Shown here piece after piece: positions 6,803-17,664 of a DNA stretch of 46,124 bases (within the stretch, counting starts at the first letter, position 1; every line of letters begins with the position of its first letter). Under the pieces are notes generated by a model. It was not told where the DNA came from, ran no database searches, and worked only from the letters and a program-made list of their open reading frames with translations. The stretch is from contig JAJRRH010000108.1 of the NCBI GenBank assembly GCA_024279715.1, positions 1 to 46,124 of the forward strand, read 5' to 3'. Origin of the DNA: Bacteroidota bacterium. GTDB lineage: Bacteria > Bacteroidota > Bacteroidia > Flavobacteriales_D > JABDKJ01. Position numbers and translations under genes: made by a program.

Positions 6803-8581
6803 TTAGAAACAGTACTCATTCTTATCTATAACAGCTATTGCAATTCTTTGTCTAGCTTCTTTGATATTGAACGGTGCGGTCTTAGTGAATCTTCTAAGCC
6901 CCATCATCATCATCTTCATCTCATCACCATCTGCAAAGGACATCAATGCTTCGGCACCATATTCATAGAGATTTCTTGAGGTCTCATACATAAATACATC
7001 AAGCATGTCCATATGCAGTGAATTTGCATCCCCACCATTTTTCTTAGCGATCTTCTCTACTCGAAGCAACATAGATTCTGCAACATACGTCTCAATTATC
7101 ATATCCGCTGCTGCCATCAACACTTCTTGTTCTTTTGCCATGGTAGCAGCAAGTTTTTGAACTGCAGCGCCCATCACCATAAGTATTGCTTTTTTGAATT
7201 TCGTTAAGTATTGCTTATGTTTTTCAATGTCATTTTCAGGAGCGCCATCAAAGCTAGGCACCGAAGTAAGTTCATTTGCCACAGCCATTGCGGGTGTCAT
7301 AAGATCTAGCTCTCCTTTCAATCCTTTTTTCAAAATCATATCTGAAATCAAAAGACGATTGATTTCATTAGTACCTTCAAATATTCTATTGATACGTGCA
7401 TCTCTAAACGCTTTTTCTACTTTAGTTTCTGCACTGTATCCCATACCACCATGTATCTGTACGCCTTCATCGGCACAATAGTCTAGCACTTCTGATCCGA
7501 ATACTTTTAAAATGGCACACTCGGGAGCAAAACTTGCTATTCCTTTTAGCGTAGCTGCATGCTTATCCATTCCTCCTTGTATATAAGATGCAATGGCGTC
7601 ATCAATATTCTGCCCTGCACGGTAGAGTGCCGACTCTAAAGCGAACGTCTTGGTTGACATTTTAGCAAGTTTTTGACGTATTGCGCCATATTTAGAGATG
7701 GGTCTTCCAAATTGGTTTCTCTCATTGGCATAATTCACTGAGATATCTATTAGTTCCCGACTTGCACCAAGTACACCTGCGCCTAATTTAATCCGCCCAA
7801 TATTAAGAATGTTTACGGCTATTTTGAACCCTTTACCTCTTTCATAAAGCATGTTTTCAACTGGTACTTTTACATTATTGAAAAATACCTGACGGGTGGA
7901 AGAGCCTTTGATACCCATTTTTTTCTCTTCGGGATTCATGGTGATTCCCTCCATTTCTTTTGTGATAATAAAAGCACTCAAATTCTCATCATCTTCAATT
8001 TTGGCAAATACAGTAAATACGTCTGCAAATCCAGCATTTGTAATCCACATCTTCTGTCCATTGATGACATAATGTTTTCCATCATCCGTAAGCTTAGCGC
8101 GAGTCTTACCGCTATTGGCGTCGGATCCAGCACTAGGTTCTGTTAAGCAATAACTTGCCTTCCATTCGCCAGTCACTAATTTTGGTATATATTTCTTAAT
8201 CTGCTCTGGGGAGCCATAATAAAGTATCGGAAGGGTACCTATTCCTGTATGAGCACCATAAGCCACGGAGAAGGAGTGTGATGGTCCCAAGGCATCCGCA
8301 GTCAACAATGAAGTGATGAAATTCATTCCCATTCCGCCAAATTCTTCAGGAACAGAAATACCTAACATCCCCATCTCACCTGCCTTATCGACTAAACTTG
8401 GCATTAGGCCTTCTTTCATTGCATCTATATCTTCAAGATTTGGCAACACTTCCTTCTTCACAAACTCTTCGCACATATCACGAATCATTTTTTGTTCTTC
8501 CGTCCATTCTTCTGATATAAATATATCTTCACATTTTGTCTCTCTGATCAGGAATTCTCCTCCTGTTATTGCTTTACTCAT
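6803..8581 (-). CDS. fadE: Acyl-CoA dehydrogenase
   Basis: 592 aa with YCLTEPSAGSD, NGQKMWITNAG, QIHGGMGY and RIFEGTNEINR; last gene of a fadNAE-like operon. Confidence 0.95.
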   Translation of the reverse strand: MSKAITGGEFLIRETKCEDIFISEEWTEEQKMIRDMCEEFVKKEVLPNLEDIDAMKEGLMPSLVDKAGEMGMLGISVPEEFGGMGMNFITSLLTADALGPSHSFSVAYGAHTGIGTLPILYYGSPEQIKKYIPKLVTGEWKASYCLTEPSAGSDANSGKTRAKLTDDGKHYVINGQKMWITNAGFADVFTVFAKIEDDENLSAFIITKEMEGITMNPEEKKMGIKGSSTRQVFFNNVKVPVENMLYERGKGFKIAVNILNIGRIKLGAGVLGASRELIDISVNYANERNQFGRPISKYGAIRQKLAKMSTKTFALESALYRAGQNIDDAIASYIQGGMDKHAATLKGIASFAPECAILKVFGSEVLDYCADEGVQIHGGMGYSAETKVEKAFRDARINRIFEGTNEINRLLISDMILKKGLKGELDLMTPAMAVANELTSVPSFDGAPENDIEKHKQYLTKFKKAILMVMGAAVQKLAATMAKEQEVLMAAADMIIETYVAESMLLRVEKIAKKNGGDANSLHMDMLDVFMYETSRNLYEYGAEALMSFADGDEMKMMMMGLRRFTKTAPFNIKEARQRIAIAVIDKNEYCF

Positions 8582-8607
8582 CTCTTCTTCTTTTTATATT
8601 ATTAACA

Positions 8608-9783
8608 CTAAAATATTTCATACACCCCTGCGGCTCCCTGCCCTGTTCCGACACACATGGTTACGATACCATATTTATTTTTTCTTCGTTTTGCTTCATT
8701 AAAAAGCTGCACACTTAACTTAGCGCCTGTACATCCTAGTGGGTGTCCAAGTGCGATAGCACCGCCATTGACATTAACTATTGAAGGGTCGAGATTCAAT
8801 TCTTTAACCACTGCTACGGACTGTGAAGCAAAGGCTTCATTAAGTTCATATAATTCAATGTCTTTTTCTTTCAATCCAGCTTTTTTTATTGCTTCAGGCA
8901 CGGCATACATCGGCCCCATCCCCATGATTCTAGGATCGAGTCCTGATACATGATAGCTTTTAAGCTGAGCGATGGGCTCTACCCCTAATTCCTTCAACAT
9001 TTTTTCAGACACCACCAATACAAAGGATGCGCCATCGCTTGTCTGCGATGAATTTCCAGCGGTCACCGACCCCTTAGCGTCGAATACTGGTCTTAGTCTT
9101 GCCAATGCTTCGACAGTAGTAGATCGGCGCAATCCTTCATCGGTATCCACGGTGTAGGTTCTTACTTTTCGTTTTTCATTTTCAAGAAATACTTCCTCTA
9201 CTTCTATAGGTACTATTTCATCTTTGAATCGACCATTATCGATAGCATCCATCGCCTTCATATGTGATTCAAAAGAGAATTTATCTTGTTCTTCTCTGGA
9301 GATGTTGAAGTCGTTTGCAACAGCTTCTGCAGTCAATCCCATTCCCCAATACCATGTAGGGTTTTCTTTTGCCACTTTGGCGTTAGGCACTACTCTCCAG
9401 CCTCCGAATGGTATCGGTGACATCACCTCAACACCACCTGCGATAATCACATCTGCCATTCCTGAATGTATCTTTGCAGATGCAATAGCGATAGTTTCAA
9501 GGCCAGACGAACAATATCTGTTGACGGTCATACCTGGCACTTTATCTGTATCCAAGGCCATAAGACTTATCATCCGGCCTATATTAAGGCCTTGCTCGGC
9601 TTCAGGTGTGGCATTTCCTACGATTACATCATCGATACGACTATGGTCGAGTTGCGGAAAATCTTTTAATAAGTGTTTTATCACCGATGCCGCTAGGTCA
9701 TCTGGTCTTGTAAATCTAAATACTCCTCTAGGGGCCTTTCCCACTGCGGACCGATATCCTCCGATAATATATGCTTTTTCCAT
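8608..9783 (-). CDS. fadA: Acetyl-CoA C-acyltransferase (3-ketoacyl-CoA thiolase)
   Basis: VNRYCSSGL, NEAFA, GGAIALGHPLG and MCVGTGQG thiolase motifs. Confidence 0.97.
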   Translation of the reverse strand: MEKAYIIGGYRSAVGKAPRGVFRFTRPDDLAASVIKHLLKDFPQLDHSRIDDVIVGNATPEAEQGLNIGRMISLMALDTDKVPGMTVNRYCSSGLETIAIASAKIHSGMADVIIAGGVEVMSPIPFGGWRVVPNAKVAKENPTWYWGMGLTAEAVANDFNISREEQDKFSFESHMKAMDAIDNGRFKDEIVPIEVEEVFLENEKRKVRTYTVDTDEGLRRSTTVEALARLRPVFDAKGSVTAGNSSQTSDGASFVLVVSEKMLKELGVEPIAQLKSYHVSGLDPRIMGMGPMYAVPEAIKKAGLKEKDIELYELNEAFASQSVAVVKELNLDPSIVNVNGGAIALGHPLGCTGAKLSVQLFNEAKRRKNKYGIVTMCVGTGQGAAGVYEIF

Positions 9784-9836
9784 TATATTCTATTTTTTTT
9801 TACTTTCTAATTATATGGTATAATCAGTATGTTGGT

Positions 9837-12242
9837 TTAGTTTCTTAATATTTTTCCTGTCTGTATGATACTTTGTATTCGCTCCAATGTCTTTTTCTCT
9901 TGACACAATTCTAAGAAAGCTTTGCGCTCCATATCCAAAAGATACTGTTCTGAGACTTCTGTTATTTGGGAGAGATCGCCACCTGCCAATACGTAGCCTA
10001 ATTTTTCAGAGATCAAAGCGTCATGCTCTGATATATAGTGTCCACTTTTCATAGTGTGTGCTCCGATATAGACAATTCCCATTCCTTCATTTCCAAGAAC
10101 TTTTATATCTTTTCTCTCGATAGGCTGTGCGTAACCTTTATTTGCCAAGGCTAAGCAAGCTTCTTTGGCATGTGCCAATTGATGATCTCGAGACACGACT
10201 ATTTCGTCTATTCCTTTGCGTAGATATCCTTTCTCAAATGCTTCAGCCGCTGAAGTAGAGACTTGCGCTTGACCGATAGTGAGAAATCTATTTCTAAATT
10301 GATTGATACGCATATCTCCATCATTCAATTCGTCGGATAATCTTAGTGCAAATTCTTTGGTTCCACCACCTCCAGGTATGAGTCCTACTCCGAACTCTAC
10401 AAGCCCCATATACAATTCGGCATGTGCCACCACTTTGTCACAATGCATAGATAATTCACAACCGCCACCTAATGCCATATTGTGGGGAGCAGCCACTACT
10501 GGTATGGAAGAAAATCGCATTCTACCCATTGTTTTTTGGAAGGTCGAAATGGCGAAATTCAATTCATCCCATTCTTGTTCTACTGCCATCATGAAGATCA
10601 TACCTACATTGGCTCCAGCCGAGAAGTTTTGCCCTTCATTGGACACTACGAGTCCTTTATAATCACTCTCCGCAAGATCAATTGCTTTATTTAATCCATT
10701 GAGGATGTCTCCACCGATAGTATTCATCTTCGAGTGGAATTCGATATTCAATATTCCATCTCCAATATCTTTTATAGTACATCCTGTATTCTTCCACACG
10801 ATTTTATCTTCGCCGATATTAGATAGTCTAATGATTCCTTCTTGCCCAGGAATTATCTTGTACGACTTGGATGGAATGTCATAGTACATTTTTTTGCCAT
10901 CGGCTATGGTGTAGAATTTCTCAATGCCAGCATCCAGCATTTCATATACCCATGCTGCTGGTTTGGTGTTATTGGCTTCTAAGTTTTTTATTACTTCTCT
11001 CACACCGATTGCATCCCAACTTTCAAATGCTCCTATCTCCCATCCAAATCCGGCTTTCAGCGCATCATCGATACGATACAATTCATCCGATATTTCCGGT
11101 ATTCTATTGGTTACATAAAGAAATAATCCATGAAATGATTTTTTGTAAAACTCCCCTGCTTTATCCATTCCATTGTATAGTACTTTTGTTCTTGCAGGAA
11201 GATTGTCAATGGTTTTTGCCATATCCAATGTAGGGAATTTCACTTTTGACTTGGGCTTATATTCTAAGGTCTTCAGGTCAAGAGAAAGTATTTCACTTTT
11301 GCCTTTCTCATTTTTAATTTTCTTATAAAACCCTTGTTTGGTTTTGCTTCCTAACCAGTTATTTTCAAGCATTTTATTGAGATACTCAGGTATTTCGAAC
11401 ACACTTTTACTTTCGTCATTTGGGCAATTTTCTCTCACACCATTAGCGACATGCACCAAGGTGTCGAGCCCTACTACATCACAGGTACGGAAGGTAGCAG
11501 ATTTTGGACGACCCATAGCTGGCCCTGTCAGTTTATCCACTTCTTCTACTGTCAGATCCATTTCTTCGACAAGATGAAATAATGATTGAATGGAGAATAC
11601 TCCCACACGATTTGCAATAAATGCTGGCGTATCTTTACACAATACGGTGGTCTTGCCAAGTATCTTTGCGCCATAGTCCATAAAGAAATCGACGACTTCT
11701 TTGCTTGTCTCAGGGGTTGGTATTATTTCTAATAATTTTAGATATCTCGGTGGATTAAAAAAGTGTGTTCCGCAAAAGTGTTTTTTAAAGTCTTCGCTTC
11801 TTCCTTCCAACATTAAGTGGATAGGAATACCAGATGTATTACTGGTAATCAAAGTGCCAGGTTTGCGAAATTCTTCCACTTGATCGAAAACGATTTTTTT
11901 GATATCAAGTCGCTCTACTACAACTTCTATCACCCAGTCACAATTTGAGATAAGCTTCATGTCATCTTCAAAATTACCCGTCACTATTCTATTGACGAAC
12001 GACTTAGAATATATGGGTGAAGGGGAAGATTTTAATGTGGATTTCAATGCGTCATTTACTAATCTATTTCGCACTGCTTTATCCTTTAAGTCCTTGCCAG
12101 AAGCTTCCTCTTTTTTAGTCAATTCTCTTGGGACAATATCCAAAAGTACCACCTCCAGTCCGACATTAGCAAAGTGACAGGCTATGCGTGACCCCATAAT
12201 ACCAGAACCAAGTACTGCCACTTTTTTTATTACTCTTTTCAT
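9837..12242 (-). CDS. fadN: 3-hydroxyacyl-CoA dehydrogenase / enoyl-CoA hydratase family protein
   Basis: 801 aa with GSGIMG Rossmann motif, SNTSG, HFFNPPRY and a C-terminal crotonase domain (NFSAGAN, GGGCE). Confidence 0.95.
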   Translation of the reverse strand: MKRVIKKVAVLGSGIMGSRIACHFANVGLEVVLLDIVPRELTKKEEASGKDLKDKAVRNRLVNDALKSTLKSSPSPIYSKSFVNRIVTGNFEDDMKLISNCDWVIEVVVERLDIKKIVFDQVEEFRKPGTLITSNTSGIPIHLMLEGRSEDFKKHFCGTHFFNPPRYLKLLEIIPTPETSKEVVDFFMDYGAKILGKTTVLCKDTPAFIANRVGVFSIQSLFHLVEEMDLTVEEVDKLTGPAMGRPKSATFRTCDVVGLDTLVHVANGVRENCPNDESKSVFEIPEYLNKMLENNWLGSKTKQGFYKKIKNEKGKSEILSLDLKTLEYKPKSKVKFPTLDMAKTIDNLPARTKVLYNGMDKAGEFYKKSFHGLFLYVTNRIPEISDELYRIDDALKAGFGWEIGAFESWDAIGVREVIKNLEANNTKPAAWVYEMLDAGIEKFYTIADGKKMYYDIPSKSYKIIPGQEGIIRLSNIGEDKIVWKNTGCTIKDIGDGILNIEFHSKMNTIGGDILNGLNKAIDLAESDYKGLVVSNEGQNFSAGANVGMIFMMAVEQEWDELNFAISTFQKTMGRMRFSSIPVVAAPHNMALGGGCELSMHCDKVVAHAELYMGLVEFGVGLIPGGGGTKEFALRLSDELNDGDMRINQFRNRFLTIGQAQVSTSAAEAFEKGYLRKGIDEIVVSRDHQLAHAKEACLALANKGYAQPIERKDIKVLGNEGMGIVYIGAHTMKSGHYISEHDALISEKLGYVLAGGDLSQITEVSEQYLLDMERKAFLELCQEKKTLERIQSIIQTGKILRN

Positions 12243-12303
12243 TTGTTTTGTTTTTTTAAAGTCTACTACACGCGTGTATTATCCTTTGTTTAGTATCAAT
12301 TTT

Positions 12304-12744
12304 TTAATCGTCATTAAAGATTCCATTTCTGTCCAAGATTGTATTAATTTCCTTTATCACATCCATGAATACCTCCATCTTTTCACCGTCAATTTTAGAT
12401 CGTAATTGGTTATTCAACTGAATAACATGCTTTTTTGAAGTTTTGCGCAATTGTAAACCTTCTTTCGTTAGCTTAATAATAACTCTACGCTTATCTCCAA
12501 TATCCGCCATTCGGGTGATCAAGCCATTCTCCTCCATTTTTTTTAAACTTCGGGTGAGACTTGTGGATTCCATTCCCATCTTAGGACCAAGACTTGTCGA
12601 AGGACTACCATTCTTATCAATATTCAACAGTATATATCCTATGGACATGGTACCTCCAAAATTACTTGCTTCTGCATTGTATATTCTTGCAATCTTAGCC
12701 CACGCCCCTCTGATTTGAAAATCTATCGTTTTCTCCTGCCTCAT
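12304..12744 (-). CDS. MarR family transcriptional regulator
   Basis: 146-aa winged HTH with SLTRSLKKME.GLI.R...DKRRVIIKLT. Confidence 0.93.
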   Translation of the reverse strand: MRQEKTIDFQIRGAWAKIARIYNAEASNFGGTMSIGYILLNIDKNGSPSTSLGPKMGMESTSLTRSLKKMEENGLITRMADIGDKRRVIIKLTKEGLQLRKTSKKHVIQLNNQLRSKIDGEKMEVFMDVIKEINTILDRNGIFNDD

Positions 12745-12749
12745 GGGGG

Positions 12750-12781
12750 TAAAGTTACTAAATAATACTATGCAAGCATAG
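12750..12781 (-). promoter_or_regulatory. Promoter (-7 TAACTTTA) and candidate MarR operator palindrome CTATGC-AA-GCATAG
   Basis: The -7 element at 12757-12750 sits 5 nt before the ATG. The palindrome 12768-12781 lies in the promoter spacer between divergent marR and yceI. Confidence 0.6.
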
Positions 12782-12845
12782 CTTTTTTTAATAAAAATTA
12801 TTTCCCTAATTATTTTACTACTTTTGCAAACAAAAACACACTATA

Positions 12846-13502
12846 ATGAAAGCACTATTAACAAGTTTACTGCTAGCGACATTAATATTCAGTTGCGCAG
12901 ACGAATCGAAATCCACAACGGACACAAAAGAGATTCCCGAAAAGGAAGTTAAAAAAGATTGCACCTATGCGTTAATGCCACGTGCGGCAGCATCTGTGGA
13001 ATGGACAGCTTATAAACTTACAAATAAGGTTGGTGTCAGCGGTAGTTTTGAAAAAGTAAGAGTAGGTGGGAACAAAAATATTTCTGCTAACGTGTCAGAC
13101 ATTCTTATGGGAAGTCAATTCAACATTGCAACCAAGTCAATAAATTCTAAAAACAAAGAAAGAGACGTCAAGATTGGAGCTTCATTTTTTGGTGCGATGG
13201 AAGGTGGCGACAATATCACAGGAAAAATAATCAGTGCCAAAGGAACCAACAATGTGGGTAAATGCGAAGCTTTACTAAAGATGAATGGTGTTGAAAAATC
13301 AGTAGCCATGGACTATACTGTGGAGGGAGAAAACGTGACACTTACAACTACTATTAATCTCAGTAATTGGAATGGTGATGAGGCCGTAGCATCTTTAAAT
13401 AAAGTATGTTCGGAAAAACACAAAGGAGAAGATGGGAAAAGCATTCTTTGGCCTGATGTGGATGTTAAAATTACATCTCGATTAAAAAAAGTGTGTCAAT
13501 AG
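12846..13502 (+). CDS. YceI family lipoprotein
   Basis: Lipobox LIFSC, plus WTAYK...VSGSF and SINS.N.ERD. A TACTTTTG promoter element lies at 12819-12826. Confidence 0.85.
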   Translation: MKALLTSLLLATLIFSCADESKSTTDTKEIPEKEVKKDCTYALMPRAAASVEWTAYKLTNKVGVSGSFEKVRVGGNKNISANVSDILMGSQFNIATKSINSKNKERDVKIGASFFGAMEGGDNITGKIISAKGTNNVGKCEALLKMNGVEKSVAMDYTVEGENVTLTTTINLSNWNGDEAVASLNKVCSEKHKGEDGKSILWPDVDVKITSRLKKVCQ

Positions 13503-13504
13503 CA

Positions 13505-16500
13505 TTACTTATTAATTTCTTCAAAAACTAATTCATAGACTGTCCCTTGTTCGGGCAGTCTTTTTAGTTCTCCATTGAGTTGGTCTGACAGACCAATTAT
13601 CAACTGACTACCCATTGACATTTCAGTTCCGAATAACTCACCCTCTGGAAGTCCAATACCATTATCACCTATCACTAGTCTGAATTTATTCTGATTTTTC
13701 AATCTCTCTAAGTGGATTTTTATTACTCCTTTTCGGTGGTCAGGGAAGCCATATTTTAGGCTATTTGTAATTATTTCATTCATTATTAATCCAAGTGGTG
13801 TAAGGGTATCTAGATTAAGATTTTTTACAGAAATTAATATATCTGACTCAATACTGTCTTTCAAGTCATAGGTGCTTATTAAACGGGCGCCAAGTTCATT
13901 GAAGTATTCTTCAATATTCACGTCCGCTAGGTTGTCTGTTTTATACATTTTCTCATGAATATCCGCCATTGACATCACTCTTGATTGACTTTCATTAAGT
14001 GCCCAAAGCGCTTCTTCATCTGTCACAAAATGCGACTGCAACCTCAATAATGAATTTATTATCTGCAAATTATTTTTCACTCTGTGGTGTATCTCTTTTA
14101 GCAACAAAGCTTTTTCATCTCTTTCTTGTGCAATAATTTTGGTTCTTGTTTCCACTTTATCTTCGAGCATTTTCGAATATTTTCTTTCTCTATTCACCCT
14201 AAGGATATAGAATAAATAGGCAAGTGAAATGACACCAATTACAACTAAAAATTTAAACCAACTTTCTTCATAGAACTTAGGCATTTTTACAAATGATATT
14301 TCTTCTGGTTTTTCATTCCAAACGGCTTCATTATTTGAAGCTTTTACTTGAAGAGTATAGCTTCCTGGGGGTAAATTAGACAATGTCACATAGTGTCTAT
14401 TTCCGATATAAGTCCATTCGTCATATAGCCCCTTTATCCGATAGGCATACTGATTTTTCTCAGGCTGGCGGTAACTTAGAGCAGAGAATCCAATGTTTAT
14501 CAAATTGTGTTCTGGTTCGAGAACAAATTTATCCACTTCAGAAAGCAAGCCTTCAATGAAATCCTCTTCGTAGGCATTGCTATCCGCATTGAATACTTCT
14601 AGTTCAGTAAACACCACTGTTGGTGGTATTTGATTTTGCTGTATCTCTTGATAATTAATGAGGTCTATTCCTTGAATTCCACCAAAGAACAATTGATTTT
14701 TTGAAGTCAATAATCCACATCCTCTATTGAATGTTTGATTACCTAATCCATCCACCTCGTCATAATTAATAAAGCTAATATGCTCCGGATTAAAAACGGA
14801 GACTCCCTTGTTGGTTGTCAACCATAATGATTGATCTGCATCTCTAACGATGTTATAGACTACATTATTAGATAGTCCATTATCCACATTATAGTTTGTC
14901 CAAACATTTTCTTTCACTTCAAATTTATCCAATCCTCCACCGCGAGTACCCACCCATAAAGTACCAGCAATATAATTCAACGACAATACATAATTGTCAG
15001 ACAGTCCATTATCTTCGAGTGGATTATTTTCGAATTGTTCGAACACTCGAGAACCCGTTTTAAGACGAAATACACCTGCTGTTGTTGTTCCGATCCATAT
15101 TTCTCCATCATTTCCTTTTTCGATAGTGGATATGTTATTGCTTTTGATAGTAAGGTCATTGGAGGGGTCATATTTAAAAGAGTTGAACGTTTTATTATGA
15201 AAAGAATATCTTAACAAACCTCCCCCTTCTGTTCCTATCCAAAGATAATTATGGGCATACAAAAGAGATGTTATTTTATTGTCCGTAATCCCCACTGAGT
15301 CACCAGGGACATTCATTATATGTTCTATTTTTTCATCTTTACGGTTATAAAAAAATAGTCCTTGACCATTTGTCCCAATGGCTAGATAATCATTTGGCAT
15401 TTGCTCTATGGCACTTATCGAAGGGTCTCGATCATCATTAATAAGATCCAACAATTTTTCTTTCTCCAATTTAAAATTATCCAAATTGAGCTTCGCCAAT
15501 CCATTACTAGTTCCAATGTACAAGAATTTATTATCCTGCTCCATCATGGAAAGTACCTTATCAGAAGGTAGTCGTCTAAAGTCAGAATTATTCTTCTGGA
15601 AATGCACAAATTGCTGCTGCTCTTTATAGTACTTATTGACCCCTCCACTGTATGTTCCTATCCAAACAATACCTGTTTCGTCTTCAAAGATAGTTGTGAT
15701 ATTATTGTTTGATAAGCTTTTTAGCTTGTCCACATTATGAATATATCGCACCCATTTGTTCTTTTCTTTCATAAATCGGGCGATCCCATTCTCTGTGCCT
15801 ACCCAAATATTTCCGTAGGTGTCTTTGTGCATCACACTTACCTTTTGCCTTTTAACGAACTTATTCCTATATCTTTTTATGGTGTCACCTTCTAGCGTAT
15901 ATAGACCTTTGTTAGTCCCTAAAAAAACTTTTCCTTCGTCTGCCAAAACAAAAGACTGGATCACATCTCCACCGGAATACTTCTCTGTATTTGATCCTGT
16001 TGGAGAAATTCTATCAAATTTATCAATCAATGCGTCATAGCGATTGACCCCCTTATTAGTACCCAACAACATTCTGTTTTCACCATCCAAAATCATGGTA
16101 TTTATACTATTGTTTGATAGACTATTAGGATCATCTAACTTGAATTTATATCTCGTGAATGAATTTGTTTCACGATTATATTTATTAAGACCATTATTGG
16201 TTCCCACCCAAAGCTCCCCCTGAGCATCTTCCATGATACACCACACTACTTTACCACTCAAGCTGGTGGTGTCTTTATAGTCAAATTCGTAGTGTATAAA
16301 TCCGTCTAATTTTGGACCAAACAGATTGAGACCTTGATTAGTACCCACCCAAAGATTACCGTACTGACTTACAAAAAGAGCATTAATAGTATTGTTGTTA
16401 ATGGATAATGAATCTTGTGAAGAATATCTATATATCTCAATTTCATAACCATCATATCGATTGAGACCATCATCCGTTCCAAACCACATGAAGCCGCATT

Positions 16501-16651
16501 GATCTTGCACAATAGAATAAACGGACACCTGAGATAGCCCTTCTTTTACTGAAATTCTTTCGAAAGACTGACTTTCCACCTGAGCATCAGCTACATATAT
16601 AAATAGTAGAGAGAGGACAAGCAGGTAATATTTAGTTTTGAAAACTTTCAA
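13505..16651 (-). CDS. Sensor histidine kinase (two-component regulator propeller repeats, Y_Y_Y, TM, HisKA_2, HATPase)
   Basis: Repeated D..G.IW.GT..GL blades, LPPGSYTLQVKA, KEIHHRVKNNLQII, NEIITNSLKY and DNGIG. Confidence 0.93.
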   Translation of the reverse strand: MKVFKTKYYLLVLSLLFIYVADAQVESQSFERISVKEGLSQVSVYSIVQDQCGFMWFGTDDGLNRYDGYEIEIYRYSSQDSLSINNNTINALFVSQYGNLWVGTNQGLNLFGPKLDGFIHYEFDYKDTTSLSGKVVWCIMEDAQGELWVGTNNGLNKYNRETNSFTRYKFKLDDPNSLSNNSINTMILDGENRMLLGTNKGVNRYDALIDKFDRISPTGSNTEKYSGGDVIQSFVLADEGKVFLGTNKGLYTLEGDTIKRYRNKFVKRQKVSVMHKDTYGNIWVGTENGIARFMKEKNKWVRYIHNVDKLKSLSNNNITTIFEDETGIVWIGTYSGGVNKYYKEQQQFVHFQKNNSDFRRLPSDKVLSMMEQDNKFLYIGTSNGLAKLNLDNFKLEKEKLLDLINDDRDPSISAIEQMPNDYLAIGTNGQGLFFYNRKDEKIEHIMNVPGDSVGITDNKITSLLYAHNYLWIGTEGGGLLRYSFHNKTFNSFKYDPSNDLTIKSNNISTIEKGNDGEIWIGTTTAGVFRLKTGSRVFEQFENNPLEDNGLSDNYVLSLNYIAGTLWVGTRGGGLDKFEVKENVWTNYNVDNGLSNNVVYNIVRDADQSLWLTTNKGVSVFNPEHISFINYDEVDGLGNQTFNRGCGLLTSKNQLFFGGIQGIDLINYQEIQQNQIPPTVVFTELEVFNADSNAYEEDFIEGLLSEVDKFVLEPEHNLINIGFSALSYRQPEKNQYAYRIKGLYDEWTYIGNRHYVTLSNLPPGSYTLQVKASNNEAVWNEKPEEISFVKMPKFYEESWFKFLVVIGVISLAYLFYILRVNRERKYSKMLEDKVETRTKIIAQERDEKALLLKEIHHRVKNNLQIINSLLRLQSHFVTDEEALWALNESQSRVMSMADIHEKMYKTDNLADVNIEEYFNELGARLISTYDLKDSIESDILISVKNLNLDTLTPLGLIMNEIITNSLKYGFPDHRKGVIKIHLERLKNQNKFRLVIGDNGIGLPEGELFGTEMSMGSQLIIGLSDQLNGELKRLPEQGTVYELVFEEINK

Positions 16652-16783
16652 GTGAGCAAAGTAATAAAAAAACGCTGTTTTAGCTACTCATTCATTTACT
16701 TTTCTTTATCCAAAAAAAAAACTTGAGGGTATGAATGGGTTAAAAAAAATTGTAGGTTTGAGGTTCAAAACACAGATACGAAT

Positions 16784-17659
16784 ATGAAAGCATACGTTTT
16801 TCCAGGACAAGGAGCGCAATTTGAAGGCATGGGCAAGGATCTCTATGAAAATTCAACTCTAGCAAAAGAGTTATTCACCAAAGCCAATGAAATATTGGGG
16901 TTTGAGATAACCGATATAATGTTTACTGGCACGAAAGAGGCATTGAAACAAACCAAAGTGACACAACCAGCTATATTTTTGCATTCCACCATTCTAGCCA
17001 AGGTCAATAAGGATAGCTTTACGCCTGATATGGTTGCCGGTCATTCATTGGGAGAGATTTCTGCACTGGTTGCTGCCGAATGCCTCACATTTGAAGATGG
17101 CTTACGTTTGGTTAGTAAAAGGGCTTTAGCGATGCAAGAAGCATGTGAGTCGCAACAATCAACAATGGCTGCCATACTAGGTCTTGAAGACAGTGACGTA
17201 GAAAGGATATGTGCCGCCATTGATGGCATCGTTGTACCTGCCAATTATAATTGTCCGGGGCAGCTCGTAATCTCTGGAGAACTGGAAGCTGTTGAAAAAG
17301 CTTGCGAACAATTAAAAGAATTTGGTGCTAAGCGTGCATTGATGCTACCGGTAGGTGGTGCTTTTCACTCCCCGCTGATGGCTCCCGCAAAAAATGCTCT
17401 CGAAAAAGCTATTGAAGAAACAACATTCAACAAGCCAATCTGCCCAGTTTATCAAAACGTAACAGCCAACCCTGAAACGGATCCTGAAATTATCAAAAAA
17501 AACCTTATCGAACAATTAACTGCACCCGTAAGATGGACTGCAATTATGAAAAACATGGTGAATGATGGGGTGAGCAGTGTCATAGAAGTAGGTCCAGGTA
17601 AAGTACTTCAAGGGCTATTTAGAAAAATAGATAGAGAATTACCTTCTTCTAGTATGTAA
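16784..17659 (+). CDS. fabD: Malonyl CoA-acyl carrier protein transacylase
   Basis: FPGQGAQ, GHSLGE, GAFHS and EVGPGKVL. A TAGGTTTG promoter element lies at 16753-16760. Confidence 0.98.
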   Translation: MKAYVFPGQGAQFEGMGKDLYENSTLAKELFTKANEILGFEITDIMFTGTKEALKQTKVTQPAIFLHSTILAKVNKDSFTPDMVAGHSLGEISALVAAECLTFEDGLRLVSKRALAMQEACESQQSTMAAILGLEDSDVERICAAIDGIVVPANYNCPGQLVISGELEAVEKACEQLKEFGAKRALMLPVGGAFHSPLMAPAKNALEKAIEETTFNKPICPVYQNVTANPETDPEIIKKNLIEQLTAPVRWTAIMKNMVNDGVSSVIEVGPGKVLQGLFRKIDRELPSSSM

Positions 17660-17664
17660 GACAA

